Notes under the pieces: model-generated
What the model saw: only the letters and a program-made list of their open reading frames with translations
The model's database searches: none
What the model was told of the DNA's origin: nothing
Source: Terriglobia bacterium
GTDB taxonomy: Bacteria; Acidobacteriota; Terriglobia; JAIQFV01
Length of the DNA: 64,000 nt
Direction: 5' to 3'
Assembly (NCBI GenBank): GCA_041494885.1
Contig: JBGQBO010000012.1
Span: 2,637-66,636, forward strand
Program-made: the position numbers and the translations under genes
Shown: piece after piece, positions 42,657 through 53,478 of the stretch
How positions within the stretch are numbered: position 1 is the stretch's first letter
How the letters are laid out: each line of letters begins with the position of its first letter

Positions 42657-42900
42657 AAGGTTCCAAGTTCAAGGTTCCAAGTTCAAAGTTGAAATCTCAG
42701 AGTCGAAAGTCCCAAGTCCAAGCTCCAAAGTTCTAAGTTCAAAGTTCAAGGTTCCAAGTTCAAAGTTCAAATCGAAAGGCTTCTCTCAGTCTCTTCCTTC
42801 CCTTCGCCCTCTGACTCCTGACCTCTGACCTCTGATTATCCGCTTCCGATTACTTCCTCTGGCAACTGACAACTGTTTTCCTGACACCCGACACCTGATC
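42657..42900 (+). repeat. Composite heptamer-repeat element, copy C
   Basis: AAGTTCC/AAGTTCA array, core TTCAAATCGAAAGG..TCTCAGTC.CTTC..CCTTCGCCCTCTGAC, then CAACTGA units. Confidence 0.85.
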
Positions 42901-42991
42901 CCCGGAACCTCTCCTCTCTTGAGAATAAAACGTTGTCACTCACTTTTCCAAGGCGCTATACTACGCAGCATTCACATCAAGGAGACCTCTG

Positions 42992-43456
42992 ATGTCACCC
43001 ATTACCTTTACCTTGAACGGGAAACAGCAATCTGTCGATGTCAGTCCCGAAATGCCGTTGCTTTGGGTATTGCGCGATACGCTGGGTTTGACCGGAACCA
43101 AGTATGGCTGTGGTATGGCCTTGTGCGGTGCCTGTACGGTGCACTTGGAGGGGGAAGCCATTCGCTCATGTGTCACCCCTATCTCCGATGTTGCCGGGAA
43201 GAAGGTGGTCACGATCGAAGGCCTCTCACCCGAAAACAACCACGCGCTTCAGAAGGCCTGGATCGCTGAAGAAGTACCGCAATGTGGCTACTGCCAGCCG
43301 GGGCAAATCATGAACTCTGCCGCCCTTCTCGCGAAAACTCCCAACCCTTCAGATGCCGACATTGATGCCGCGATGTCGGGGAATATATGCCGCTGCGGAA
43401 CATACCAGCGGATTCGCAGTGCCATCCATCGCGCGGCCGCCGGAGGTGCAAAATGA
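42992..43456 (+). CDS. 2Fe-2S subunit, isoquinoline 1-oxidoreductase alpha (IorA)-like
   Basis: [28 protein letters not shown] motifs. Confidence 0.92.
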   Translation: MSPITFTLNGKQQSVDVSPEMPLLWVLRDTLGLTGTKYGCGMALCGACTVHLEGEAIRSCVTPISDVAGKKVVTIEGLSPENNHALQKAWIAEEVPQCGYCQPGQIMNSAALLAKTPNPSDADIDAAMSGNICRCGTYQRIRSAIHRAAAGGAK

Positions 43457-45579
43457 GTACGACATCAAAAGTGACGCGTCGAAATTTCATGAAGGTCGGG
43501 GCCCTGGCCGGCACCGGATTGGTCATCGCCTTCTATTTACCCTCCAGTCACGAACTGAACACGTCAGCCGATTCCGCGGGAGGCTCTTTCGCCCCAAACG
43601 CCTTCCTGCAAATCGAGCCCGACGGCAAGATTACAGTGTGGGTGACCAAGTCAGAAATGGGGCAAGGAATTCAGACCTCTTTGCCCATGCTGGTCGCAGA
43701 AGAACTGGAAGCGGATTGGGCGACGATTCACATCAAACAGGCCGACGCCAATCCCAAGTACGGCGATCAAGGGACAGGCGGCAGCGAGAGTATCCGCACC
43801 ATGTGGACCCCTCTGCGCAAGGCGGGCGCCACGGCGCGCACGATGTTGATTGCCGCGGCAGCGCAGACTTGGGGAGTGGATAAATCGACCTGCAAGGCCA
43901 AGAGTGGTGCAGTCATCCATGCGCCCAGCGGACGAAAGCTCACATATGGCGAATTGGCCATAAAAGCATCCAAGTTGCCGGTCCCCACAACGGTCGCATT
44001 AAAAGATCCCAAGGATTTCACCATCATCGGCAAGAAGACGCCTCGGCTGGATACCCGGGAAAAGGTGGAAGGCAAAGCCGTGTTTGGTCTGGATGTAAGA
44101 GTCCCGGGCATGCTGTATGCGACCCTGGCGCAATGTCCTGTGTTTGGTGGTAAGGTGGTGAGCTTTGATGCCACCAAGGCCAAGGCCATCAAAGGCGTGC
44201 GCGACGTGGTCAAGGTCCGTGATGGGATCGCCGTGATCGCCGAGAACACCTGGCTGGCGATGGAGGGGCGGCGGGCCTTGGACATCAAGTGGGATGAGGG
44301 GCCCAATACAGGGATGAGCAGTCCCACCATATCCAGAATGTTTGCGGAGCAGTCTAAACAGCCCGGCCTGGTGGCGCGCAGTGTGGGTGACGCGGCCAAG
44401 GCGCTGGCAAGCGCGCCGAATATCCTTGAGTCCCTTTATGAATTCCCCTACCTGGCCCATGCCACCATGGAGCCCATGAACTGCACTGCCGACGCCCGCG
44501 CTGACCGGTGCGAGATTTGGGCCCCCACCCAATTTCCGTCCTGGGGGCAGGAGATGGCAGCACACCTCCTTGGACTGAAACCGGAGAAGGTTACAGTGCA
44601 CGTCACGCTGCTGGGTGGAGGATTCGGCCGCCGCGCCAATCCCGATTTCATGGTCCAGGCCGCTGAAATCTCCAAGGCAGCCGGTGCCCCGGTCATGCTG
44701 GTGTGGACACGCGAGGACGATATGCAGCATGATTTCTATCGCCCCACCTCCTCTCAACTCCTTCGTGCCGGGATCGACAACAAGGGCTTCCCGGTGGCCT
44801 GGCATCATCACATTCTTGGGCCGTCCATTGACGCTCAAATGAACCCCAACTTCAAGGGTTTGGATAAAGGTGCCGTTGATGTGGCGGCTTCCCTTCCCTA
44901 TGCCGTCCCCAACATCCATGTTGATTTCTTGAATGTGAGCATTCCGGTGCCGGTGGGTTGGTGGAGATCGGTGTGGGCTTCGCAGCATGCTTACGCCAAC
45001 GAGTGCTTTCTGGACGAAATCGCCTTCGCTTCGAGAAGCGATCCGTATGAGTTCCGCATGAAATTGCTGGCCAACGAACCCCGGTACAAGGGGGTGTTGA
45101 AGCTGGCGGCCACCAAAGCGGGCTGGGGGAAAAAACTTCCCGAAGAAAGGGGAATGGGAATCGCGGTTGTGAAATCGTTTGGAACTTACGTGGCCCAGGT
45201 CGCGGAGGTCACGGTGGAATTTAAGAAGGTTACGGTGCATCGTGTCGTGTGCGCCGTGGATTGTGGCCATTATGTAAATCCCGATACCATCGAGGCCCAG
45301 ATGCAGAGCGCCATTGTCATGGGGCTGACCGCCGCATTGAAAGGCGAGATTACGATCGACCGGGGCCGGGTCATGCAAGGCAACTTTAATGATTACCCCG
45401 TGCTGCGGATGGATGAAATGCCGGTCATCGAGACCTACATTGTGCCGAGTCAGGAAAAACCCGGTGGGATCGGGGAGCCCGGGCTGCCTCCAATAGCCCC
45501 GGCGGTCTCCAACGCCATCTTTGCCTCCATCGGCAAGCGCATCCGGAGATTGCCGATTCGCTCGACCTACCCGACTTGA
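43453..45579 (+). CDS. Molybdopterin-binding subunit, IorB / aldehyde oxidoreductase-like, Tat signal
   Basis: TRRNFMK, EMGQG, TGGS.S, HATMEP, GGGFGRR, WRSV, GGIGEP; overlaps the upstream gene (ATGA). Confidence 0.92.
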   Translation: MSTTSKVTRRNFMKVGALAGTGLVIAFYLPSSHELNTSADSAGGSFAPNAFLQIEPDGKITVWVTKSEMGQGIQTSLPMLVAEELEADWATIHIKQADANPKYGDQGTGGSESIRTMWTPLRKAGATARTMLIAAAAQTWGVDKSTCKAKSGAVIHAPSGRKLTYGELAIKASKLPVPTTVALKDPKDFTIIGKKTPRLDTREKVEGKAVFGLDVRVPGMLYATLAQCPVFGGKVVSFDATKAKAIKGVRDVVKVRDGIAVIAENTWLAMEGRRALDIKWDEGPNTGMSSPTISRMFAEQSKQPGLVARSVGDAAKALASAPNILESLYEFPYLAHATMEPMNCTADARADRCEIWAPTQFPSWGQEMAAHLLGLKPEKVTVHVTLLGGGFGRRANPDFMVQAAEISKAAGAPVMLVWTREDDMQHDFYRPTSSQLLRAGIDNKGFPVAWHHHILGPSIDAQMNPNFKGLDKGAVDVAASLPYAVPNIHVDFLNVSIPVPVGWWRSVWASQHAYANECFLDEIAFASRSDPYEFRMKLLANEPRYKGVLKLAATKAGWGKKLPEERGMGIAVVKSFGTYVAQVAEVTVEFKKVTVHRVVCAVDCGHYVNPDTIEAQMQSAIVMGLTAALKGEITIDRGRVMQGNFNDYPVLRMDEMPVIETYIVPSQEKPGGIGEPGLPPIAPAVSNAIFASIGKRIRRLPIRSTYPT

Positions 45580-45619
45580 TTCATCGCTGAGACGCCGAGC
45601 TTTTTAAAACCGCTTTGGT

Positions 45620-45656
45620 AGCCCCGGCCCCGCCTTGCGGGGCGCCGGGGGCTTTT
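45620..45656 (+). terminator. Intrinsic terminator
   Basis: GC-rich stem AGCCCCGGC..CCCGC-CTT-GCGGG..GCCGGGGGCT followed by a T run. Confidence 0.7.
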
Positions 45657-45800
45657 GTCCGATGGCTTACCCCCCCCCGCCTCACCTCGTGGGACGCCGC
45701 GGTGAGTTCACTTCAGATTCCACTTCAATGTAAGTTAGCAATTTCCTATTTTCTAAACGAGAGAATGCGAAGGACAGGTCCCTATTCCATTTTTGAGCTT

Positions 45801-46166
45801 TTAAGGATCAGTCTGTACGCGCGACTTGTAATACCAGTTGATCAGGAAAAGGACACCCACCAGGAACATCGGCCCGGAGATTATCAAATAGGCCGACCAA
45901 TGAAAACGCCCCCAGAACCTCACAATATAGAACAGTCCACAGGCGGGGAACAGGATTCCCCCCACCCATTCCCAGCGCCAGGAAATGGCCAGGACGATCA
46001 GAATGACACCGGTCGGGATTAGATGCATCAGCAGGGCCAACAACATCTTCCTGAATCCATAGCCTTCATTAAACACATCGAGCGCAAACAGGCTGATAAA
46101 AAGCGCAAAAAGAATACACAGGATCCTCGGCGTCCAGAACAGCAGTCGCTCCATAGGGCGGTTCAT
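45801..46166 (-). CDS. Small hydrophobic membrane protein
   Basis: WTPRIL..F..F.S.FALDVF..HLIP..WRWE pattern with 4 TM segments; AGAAAGAAGG RBS. Confidence 0.75.
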   Translation of the reverse strand: MNRPMERLLFWTPRILCILFALFISLFALDVFNEGYGFRKMLLALLMHLIPTGVILIVLAISWRWEWVGGILFPACGLFYIVRFWGRFHWSAYLIISGPMFLVGVLFLINWYYKSRVQTDP

Positions 46167-46385
46167 AGTGGCCTTCTTTCTTGATCCAATCGATTTTCAT
46201 GCCGGATACCTGGATAATTCACCGTTTGGACGGACTGTCGGATCGGAGAGCCAGCAAGGTGAACTACCACGTAATTCAATAAAACGGGCCATGCAGCATT
46301 TTTTTCGAACCAGTCTCCCTCTTCCGAAGTCAATAGTTTTAAGAGCAATTCGGCTCCTGATCCTTATCTTGGTAGATCCGTGGCT

Positions 46386-47816
46386 TCATCGTCTGATACC
46401 TCGTCTGACGCTGCGATACCTCGACCTTCCCAAGAGACGAATGCCGGCTCTCTTAAGCCTTCTCTTCGTCGACACAGTCGGCCTCGCTGCGCTTTCCATC
46501 CTTATTGGCTCAACTTGGCGGTCTCCGCAGTGGCGCCGGAAGGGCTTCTTCTCGCGATAGGAGCGGGCGAGTTCAAGATAGATCCCCAGGTCCCGGTCGA
46601 GGTCCGACTGGGTGCCGTCAAAGTAAAAATTTCGGATGGGGATCCCGCCGTAGTCGCGGCTGACCTTGGGATAGATGGCTTCGCTCACAATGCCGTTCAT
46701 GCAGGTAAAGGGGCTGATGTCGATGACGCCGTCGGCCCCGTGAAGGGCATGGTAGGCCGCCAGACCGATACTCAAAACCATTTCGCCCAGCACCCCGGAG
46801 GCGGGCAGGTAAGGCCAAGCCAGCTTGATAATCTCCTCTACCCGCGGCTCATCGTGGCCCTCAAAGTCCTCCCGAAAGGGCGCCAGCAAAGCCTGTTCGT
46901 CCGCTTCTTGGAAGTGTTCACGCACATTGGCGCCCAACATCTCCAGCGAAAATGTTCGCCCAACGAGCCGCAGCCGGCGCCGTTGTTCCTCGTTGGTGTA
47001 ATAGATCCATTCGCTGATGTGGCTGAGTGAGGCCTGTGCGCCATAGCTCTCCAGGCGGCGGATCAAGTCCTCGTTGGAGAAGGTATTCAACCGACAAAAA
47101 ATCTCACCCACCACGCCAATAAGGGGAACGTCGGGGTCGTCGCAGATGGGGATCGCGCGAAAGCGGTCGCGCGCCCGAGTCATGGATTTGACCAGAGAGC
47201 GAAGGTGGCAGCCTGGATCATCACAGCCCGCCTCCATGGTCTCGCAAAGGTCGGTCAGGCTTTCCTGGAAAGCGTGGTCGGCCGCGCCGGGCGTGGTCTC
47301 GTAAGGCCGCGTCTTGAGCAAGAGCCGGTGAATAGTGTCAGATGCCACGACCGCACGCCAGGCCAGTCGCATAAACTTGTCAGCAATGTTTCCGAGGTCG
47401 GCGTAGCCGTTCTTGTCCGTAGGCGAGATGATTTCGATCTGGGGGTAGCCCGCCTGACGCAGCACTTTCTTGAGGGATGGGGCGTACTGTCCGAACCGGC
47501 AAGGCCCGTCCGTTGTCGGAATGAAGAAGGCCGCACGTGCCGGATCGAATCCCGGCTCCTGGATGACACGAAAAAGGTCGCCGAGGACCACCTTGGCAGG
47601 ATAGCACTCGTCGCCGCTGGTGACCTTACTCCCCAGTTCCAGTGTGCGGCTGTCCGACCGCGGCGTGACATACGCTTCAACGCCGAGCCGGCGGAATACG
47701 GCCGCAAGCATTTCCGAGCTACCCTCCGCCATGACCGCGAGATAGAGCTTCTTGCCGGCCAGCGGGTTCGAGGATTCGACCTGGTTGCTCACATGACAGC
47801 GGTGGAAGATGGGCAT
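46386..47816 (-). CDS. 2-hydroxyacyl-CoA dehydratase-like reductase subunit, PlsR/Ger C-terminal type
   Basis: GDECYP, GPCRFGQY, IGVVGEIF, GE..L, PFTCM Fe-S motifs; overlaps the upstream gene. Confidence 0.75.
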   Translation of the reverse strand: MPIFHRCHVSNQVESSNPLAGKKLYLAVMAEGSSEMLAAVFRRLGVEAYVTPRSDSRTLELGSKVTSGDECYPAKVVLGDLFRVIQEPGFDPARAAFFIPTTDGPCRFGQYAPSLKKVLRQAGYPQIEIISPTDKNGYADLGNIADKFMRLAWRAVVASDTIHRLLLKTRPYETTPGAADHAFQESLTDLCETMEAGCDDPGCHLRSLVKSMTRARDRFRAIPICDDPDVPLIGVVGEIFCRLNTFSNEDLIRRLESYGAQASLSHISEWIYYTNEEQRRRLRLVGRTFSLEMLGANVREHFQEADEQALLAPFREDFEGHDEPRVEEIIKLAWPYLPASGVLGEMVLSIGLAAYHALHGADGVIDISPFTCMNGIVSEAIYPKVSRDYGGIPIRNFYFDGTQSDLDRDLGIYLELARSYREKKPFRRHCGDRQVEPIRMESAARPTVSTKRRLKRAGIRLLGRSRYRSVRRGIRR

Positions 47817-50800
47817 CGAAGAAATCCTTTGCTATCGAGATAGGCTTCACAGCGCGTGATAAATCCGGCGTCGTTCGAGTGGCCGTCGAACTGAAGCACC
47901 AGGGAGGGCTTGCCCGCAGCGTCGTTCAGAAATGACTTAATATAGGAATCCGGCCCGCACTTGAAATTGGAGATGTAGACAAGGTGCAGATTGGGGAACC
48001 GGCGGGCAAGGTGTGCCGCGGCGAGGATGCGCCGGCCGGAGTTCCAGTACATGTTCGAATTAACCTCAGTGATGTCTTCCCCATCGAGCGACAGAAAATC
48101 CATGGGAATCACGTTGACCCCGTACAGCAGGCGCAGTTTCCTGGGGATATCGCAGTTGACGCCGCGGTCGTAGAGGTTGTAAGCGCGTCCCACCAGGATC
48201 ACACCCGGCTCGCCGCTTTGCCTCAGACCGTCCAGCACCTTTTCCCCGGCGGCGAGTGAAGCGCCCACAAACTCGTCCTGGGCGGCGTAGGCGGCCATTA
48301 AAGCCCGGTCGCTCTGACGGCGGGAGATCAGAAGCCGCTCGGCGAATGCGGCCAGTTCTTTCTCCACGAACTTCCGCCCGGAGCGGAAATGCACCGTGGG
48401 TATAAGAAACCTGTTGTGCGCCTGCTCAATCTGCGGCACAACCCGCATTACAAAAGGCAGCGTCTGGTTCCAGGGACAGAAATGCGATGGAATTTCGGAA
48501 TCGGGCGCCTCCGCATTGATGGCGTTGGGCAATAGAATGTAATCCACTTTCTGGTCGAGCAATTCCCGGACGTGTCCGTGGGCCACCTGGACGGGAAAAC
48601 AAGGCTGGGCGATCGCCAGCTCTTCTCCGCTTACGGCCACCCTGCGGTCGGTGGGTGACGATACCACCACATCGAAACCCAGCTCCTGGAAGTAGGTACC
48701 CCAGAACGGGAAAGACTCGTAGTAAAACATGGCGCGGGGGATCCCCACCTTCAACCGATCACCCCCGGGCGGCACGAGCACTTTTTCAAAAAGCCTCTCG
48801 CGGTATTCGATCAGGTCGTTGATGACCGGTTTGCGGTCGGAAACCGAACGCTTCCGAAACTTGTCTGAGCACTGGTCGCCCCAGTAGGACCGTTCTCCCT
48901 CAACCAGAAATTCCTTCATGTCGCAATAGTTCGAGCAGGCGTGGCAGACAAAGTCACGCGAAGTGAATTGGAGCCGTGAGAGGTCGTAACCCCGGAAGCG
49001 GCTGGGACGTCGAGCGTCCCGCATTCGATCTCGCGCTAGGAGCGCCATGCCGATGGCGCCGATCACGCCATTGTGGGGAGGGACAATGATACGCTTCCCC
49101 AATATTTGCGAGAACGCCGCAGCGACGGCGTCGTTGTAGGCCGTGCCGCCCTGGAAGAAGATGACATTGCCCGTCTTGCGGTCGCGCACCACGCGGTTGA
49201 GATAATTGAGCGCGACGGAATAGGCCAGCCCCGCCACCAGGTCAGCCAAGCCGGCGCCCCTGAGCCTCAGCGCCGTGACATCCCGCTCCATAAAGACGGT
49301 GCACCGTTCACCCAGTTGGGCGGGACGGGCGGAGGAGAGCGCCAGTTGGGCAAACTGGCCCTTGATGGAAATCCCCAGTTTCTCAGCCTGCTCCTCGAGA
49401 AACGAGCCGGTGCCCGCTGCACAAGCCTCATTCATGGCGAAGTCCACGACGACACCTTTCTCCAAGCTGATGAACTTGGAGTCCTGTCCGCCGATCTCGA
49501 AGATGGTGTCCACGGGCTCGATCCTATTTTGCTGACAAACGTGCATCGCGCCGGTTTTGTGTGCCGTAATCTCGTCATTCACGGTATCTGCACCAACCAG
49601 TTCACCGATCAGCTCGCGTCCGGAGCCCGTCGTTCCCACGCCATGGATGTCGAGGGAAGATCCGAGCTCCGCCTCGATGGTCTTCAGCCCGCGGCTCACG
49701 ACCTCAATGGGCCGGCCCTCGGTGTAAAGATAAATCTCCTTCAGCAGGTTTCCTTCCGCGTCGGTCACCACGAGATTTGTGCTGACTGAACCGACATCGA
49801 TGCCGAGGTAAGCCTCGATTCGTTGTCCTGGCGACGGGAGATCCACTTGCTTCACCTGGTTGCGCAGCAGGAGTACATTGGCCATTGAAAGTGGATGACC
49901 ACACGCGAACTCCCTTCCTGTCGCTTTTTCCTCCTCCAACAGGTGGATGGACTTGAAGGGCCTCTTCCTCCGTTCTTCCGCCTCGAAGAGAGCGGCACCC
50001 AACGCACCCATCCAGTTGAAGAGTTCGGGGATTAGAAAGTCCTCTTCTTTAAGCTTGAATGCTTCGCGCAGGGCATTGCAAACACCCTGATTGAGCGCGA
50101 CCGCGCCGATGAAGGCCACGGGCGGGATAACCGGCCTACCCCGCACGATGCTCGATTTGAAATTCCGCGCCACGGCGTCGCAGAGCCCGCGCAAAATCTG
50201 ATCCGTCTTGTATCCCTTCTGCTGGGCGTGAATCATGTCGCTCTTCGCAAACACAGAACAACGGCCAGCGATGCGCGCGGCACAGCTGGCCCTGCATGCG
50301 GCGGGGCCCACCTCTTCGATGGAGTACAGCAGGCGTGACGCCTGCTGGTCGATAAACGAACCCGTCCCTGCTGCGCACTCGGCACTGCTTTGGTAGTCCA
50401 CAATTCCCAGGCGCTTGCCGGTGTCCTTGGGCTCCAGTCGCAGGTACTTCGACGACTCGCCACCCATCTCAAACACAGTGCGCACTTCGGGGCAAAGGGT
50501 GCGCAAGCCCTTCGCAACGGCGCGAAACTCGTTTTCTACAGAGATACCAAGGATCCTGGCGATGAGCCGGCCACCTGAACCTGTCACCCGGATCCCCTCG
50601 ATTGCTTGCTCCGGGACATGGGCGATAAATTCTTTTAACAAAAGATAAGCCGCCTCCACAGGGGTGCCTTGAATGCGCTGATAGCGCGAGAGAATTAAGG
50701 GGCGATCGGCCAGACCGCCTGCCTTGGGAAATAAGGCGGAGAAGAACGCCCCCGATTTCTCAACGAGGGCGTGAAGCACAATCTCGTCGGCCGGATTGCC

Positions 50801-50857
50801 GACCGCAGCCATCTTCAAACTGACCGCCCCGATGTCCAGTCCTACATTGATGCTCAT
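47789..50857 (-). CDS. Double BadF/BadG/BcrA/BcrD ATPase plus DUF2229 domain protein, PlsA/Ger type
   Basis: Two activase domains (CAAGTGSF..CSVF; GIDVGS..CAAGTGSF..CTVF), FVCHACSNYC, VGIPRA..FW..F..LGF, CFP, FKCGPD, TRCEAY. Confidence 0.8.
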   Translation of the reverse strand: MSINVGLDIGAVSLKMAAVGNPADEIVLHALVEKSGAFFSALFPKAGGLADRPLILSRYQRIQGTPVEAAYLLLKEFIAHVPEQAIEGIRVTGSGGRLIARILGISVENEFRAVAKGLRTLCPEVRTVFEMGGESSKYLRLEPKDTGKRLGIVDYQSSAECAAGTGSFIDQQASRLLYSIEEVGPAACRASCAARIAGRCSVFAKSDMIHAQQKGYKTDQILRGLCDAVARNFKSSIVRGRPVIPPVAFIGAVALNQGVCNALREAFKLKEEDFLIPELFNWMGALGAALFEAEERRKRPFKSIHLLEEEKATGREFACGHPLSMANVLLLRNQVKQVDLPSPGQRIEAYLGIDVGSVSTNLVVTDAEGNLLKEIYLYTEGRPIEVVSRGLKTIEAELGSSLDIHGVGTTGSGRELIGELVGADTVNDEITAHKTGAMHVCQQNRIEPVDTIFEIGGQDSKFISLEKGVVVDFAMNEACAAGTGSFLEEQAEKLGISIKGQFAQLALSSARPAQLGERCTVFMERDVTALRLRGAGLADLVAGLAYSVALNYLNRVVRDRKTGNVIFFQGGTAYNDAVAAAFSQILGKRIIVPPHNGVIGAIGMALLARDRMRDARRPSRFRGYDLSRLQFTSRDFVCHACSNYCDMKEFLVEGERSYWGDQCSDKFRKRSVSDRKPVINDLIEYRERLFEKVLVPPGGDRLKVGIPRAMFYYESFPFWGTYFQELGFDVVVSSPTDRRVAVSGEELAIAQPCFPVQVAHGHVRELLDQKVDYILLPNAINAEAPDSEIPSHFCPWNQTLPFVMRVVPQIEQAHNRFLIPTVHFRSGRKFVEKELAAFAERLLISRRQSDRALMAAYAAQDEFVGASLAAGEKVLDGLRQSGEPGVILVGRAYNLYDRGVNCDIPRKLRLLYGVNVIPMDFLSLDGEDITEVNSNMYWNSGRRILAAAHLARRFPNLHLVYISNFKCGPDSYIKSFLNDAAGKPSLVLQFDGHSNDAGFITRCEAYLDSKGFLRCPSSTAVM

Positions 50858-50897
50858 GGCGAAACCTCATTGCGCTCTACGAATCAACCCGGCTTTA

Positions 50898-50956
50898 TGA
50901 ACCGGAGGCACTTCAGATCCACCCGGGGTCGGATGGGAGGTGATTCCTCCGGTTCA
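50898..50956 (-). terminator. Inverted repeat between the EEP gene and the plsA-like gene
   Basis: TGAACCGGAGG ... CCTCCGGTTCA. Confidence 0.4.
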
Positions 50957-51021
50957 CCAACCGTCTAACACCCATTTCTTCAGCTTCGTCTCTATTGTGT
51001 TTCTTATTCTTCCTTGCTGAC

Positions 51022-52122
51022 CTAATCCTTGCCCACCTGCAAAGTCGCCCTGACTCCGGCATGGTCTGAGGGCCAGAACCCGTGGATTCGGTCGTGCGGT
51101 TCAGCGCCCGCGAGCCTGGAGTTTAAGGCACGAATCTCGCCATGGAAGAAAACGAAGTCGATCCGCTGAGTCAGGGTCGAAATGGGATTGCGATCCCCGG
51201 GAGTCTGGCCCCAGGTGAAACCGGGATCGCGGTGATGTGTCGCTGCCCAGGCATCTCCAAAACCGGCGTTGATCATCTCCTGATAAGTCGCGAACGTTGG
51301 ATCATTTGGATTCGCCGCATCCGCATTGAAGTCACCCGCGATGATCACCGGCATCAAGGTGTTGGCGGGCCCCAGGATCAACTCCGCCGCCTGCGCCTGC
51401 TGAATCAGCGCCGTCACCGGCGCTTGCGGGATGACATTTTCCAGATGGGTGACGATGAATCGGAATGACTCATGATGAAAGGTCACATCCACCGATCCCC
51501 ACCCGCGGATGGAGGTCAGAGAACCGATGAGCGTCGGAAGGGTTAAAAGGGTCTGGAAGGATTGTGTCTGGACGTTCGAGAGCCGCAACCCGTCTTGATC
51601 CTGATGCTTCTCCGAGCGCGCCAAAATGACATCACTGTCCATCGCCTCTACGAACGTGGTTAGATCGGGCAGCGGCGCCTGTAAGATAAAATCATGCACG
51701 ACCACGACAGGAACGTAGTGTTGACCTTGGTCTTCGAGGGCATCGAGCAGTTCCTGCAGCATATCGAATTGGATATGGGTCGGGTTCGGGCCTGGACCGA
51801 CCCTCCATGTAGTCACCTCCTGCAGCCCGACCAGATCGGGTTGAGTTTCTGCAATTTGATGGGCAATCCCTTTCATGCGCAAGGGCGGGTTCGAGGCAAT
51901 AACGTTGTTCAGCGTGAGCTCGACAGCTGCAAGGAATTGGTCGAAGGTCTGAGCACCCAGGGCCTCTACGAAATCCGTCCCCTCGTCCACGTTATAGGTC
52001 ATGACTTTGATCGTGCGCTTTCCTTCTTTGTCCCGGTCGGCCTGCTTTCCTTGTGCAAACAGGACACCGGTGCACACCAACACAACACCAATGACAAGAA
52101 GAGATCGAAGAGTCCGTCGCAT
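51022..52122 (-). CDS. Exported endonuclease/exonuclease/phosphatase (EEP) family protein
   Basis: Signal peptide; MTYN, GLQE, THLE, GDFN, RIDF, SDH catalytic motifs. Confidence 0.9.
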   Translation of the reverse strand: MRRTLRSLLVIGVVLVCTGVLFAQGKQADRDKEGKRTIKVMTYNVDEGTDFVEALGAQTFDQFLAAVELTLNNVIASNPPLRMKGIAHQIAETQPDLVGLQEVTTWRVGPGPNPTHIQFDMLQELLDALEDQGQHYVPVVVVHDFILQAPLPDLTTFVEAMDSDVILARSEKHQDQDGLRLSNVQTQSFQTLLTLPTLIGSLTSIRGWGSVDVTFHHESFRFIVTHLENVIPQAPVTALIQQAQAAELILGPANTLMPVIIAGDFNADAANPNDPTFATYQEMINAGFGDAWAATHHRDPGFTWGQTPGDRNPISTLTQRIDFVFFHGEIRALNSRLAGAEPHDRIHGFWPSDHAGVRATLQVGKD

Positions 52123-52257
52123 AGCCTTTGCTCCTTTCCGGGTTATTAAACGGTTGGCTTTCTTTTCAGTGGGGCAGGGACTCTTTAGGGAGAGGAGAAA
52201 GGGGGTCATTCCCTGCCCGCTGGCGCCGAATGCCTCTGAGGATCACTTTTATCAATG

Positions 52258-52299
52258 CGCCTACTAAGTAAAGCGAGAATTACAGGAGAACTCCTTCAT
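52258..52299 (-). promoter_or_regulatory. Candidate ECF-dependent promoter motif, copy 1
   Basis: ATGAAGGAGTTCTCCTGTAATTCTCGCTTTACTTAGTAGGCG aligns without gaps to 63555-63596. Confidence 0.6.
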
Positions 52300-52595
52300 T
52301 TATTAGAGATGGTTTTCACAAATTTGGTATGATATTTATTTCAAATGAGTTACAACCTGCAAGATCTTTCAGTTGGCCTACCAAGAAAAAAGAGGATGGA
52401 GGTTTTGCGACCCAGTTGAGGTAATCGCAATTATCCTGTGTCACACTTTTCAACTCACCACACCGAGCAATGTTAGACCTCTGGAAAAACCCTCCATCGC
52501 ATTAAGATTTTTGGGGGATAGAGTCGCGTGGCAAGGCAAATTGATGCTAGAATAAATCAATGCCGGATGGTGCCCGCCAAACGGTGAGGAGGCGA

Positions 52596-53183
52596 ATGAT
52601 CACGACCCCCCTGAGCGATTTCAATCAGTTACTCGAAGAGTGGAATCATGGGGACAAGACTGCGCTGGACAAGTTGATTCCACTGGTTTATGGCGAACTG
52701 CGTCGAATCGCTCACCACTACATGATTCGAGAGCATCCCGGCCACTCGCTACAAAGTTCCGCTCTCATTAACGAGGCGTACATTCGTCTCACGGGCGTCA
52801 AGAAGATGCATTGGCAAAACCGGTCCCATTTTCTTGCGGTCGCAGCCCGATTGATGCGTCAGATCCTGGTGGACTATGCGCGGAGCCGTCACTACGCTAA
52901 GCGGGGAGGTGGCGCCCTGAGGGTTTCGCTGGACGGAGCGGCCGAGGTATCAACAGAAACACCTCTGGAGGTCATAGCAGTGGATCATGCGCTTCGAGAG
53001 CTGGAGACGCTTGATCTGCGTAAAGGTCAGATCGTCGAACTGCGCTATTTTGGAGGACTGAACATCGAAGAAACGGCAGCCGCGCTCGAGATCTCTCCGA
53101 CCACCGTTGAACGGGAATGGCGGGAAGCGAAGGCCTGGCTTTATCGAGCCCTGAGGCAGGAACATGTGATCCGTGAAAAGTGA
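52596..53183 (+). CDS. ECF sigma factor, TIGR02999 (kinase-associated) type
   Basis: L.PLVY.ELR.IA, HSLQSSALINEAY, WQNR.HF..AA..MR.ILVD.AR, VELRYFGGL, TVEREW..AKAWL. Confidence 0.92.
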   Translation: MITTPLSDFNQLLEEWNHGDKTALDKLIPLVYGELRRIAHHYMIREHPGHSLQSSALINEAYIRLTGVKKMHWQNRSHFLAVAARLMRQILVDYARSRHYAKRGGGALRVSLDGAAEVSTETPLEVIAVDHALRELETLDLRKGQIVELRYFGGLNIEETAAALEISPTTVEREWREAKAWLYRALRQEHVIREK

Positions 53184-53271
53184 CGAGCGACCAGTAAGCC
53201 TCGAAACTGTAAACGAGAGCTCTCGTGCGCGTTGCCTTGGCCAAACTCCAGATTGAATGCTGCCGAGATGC

Positions 53272-53473
53272 CAAAGGTCGGAGGTCAGAAGTCGGAAGTC
53301 AGAACAAAGACGCACTCAGTAATGTGGAATTTTCGAACTGGCGATCTTCAGTCTAATATCCGATTTTTGGCTTCTGACCTCTGACTTCTGAGCCCTGGTT
53401 ACACCCTCTGACAACTGACAACTGAGAACTGACAATTAGAAACTGATAACTGAGAACGGGCAACTGACAACCG
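53272..53473. repeat. Heptamer arrays (inverted pair plus CAACTGA array) between the ECF and kinase genes
   Basis: GGTCAGA/AGTCGGA units face TCTGACC/TCTGACT units, followed by about 9 degenerate ACAACTG/AGAACTG units ending 5 bp before the ATG. Confidence 0.8.
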
Positions 53474-53478
53474 TCTTT

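Noticed and set aside
43999-45378. Long antisense ORFs (also 37712-38884, 26406-27365, 55483-56352)
   Set aside because: Expected shadows of GC-rich genes; no motifs.
42992-45579. Two-subunit molybdoenzyme lacking an FAD subunit
   Set aside because: This is the normal IorAB-type architecture, not novel.
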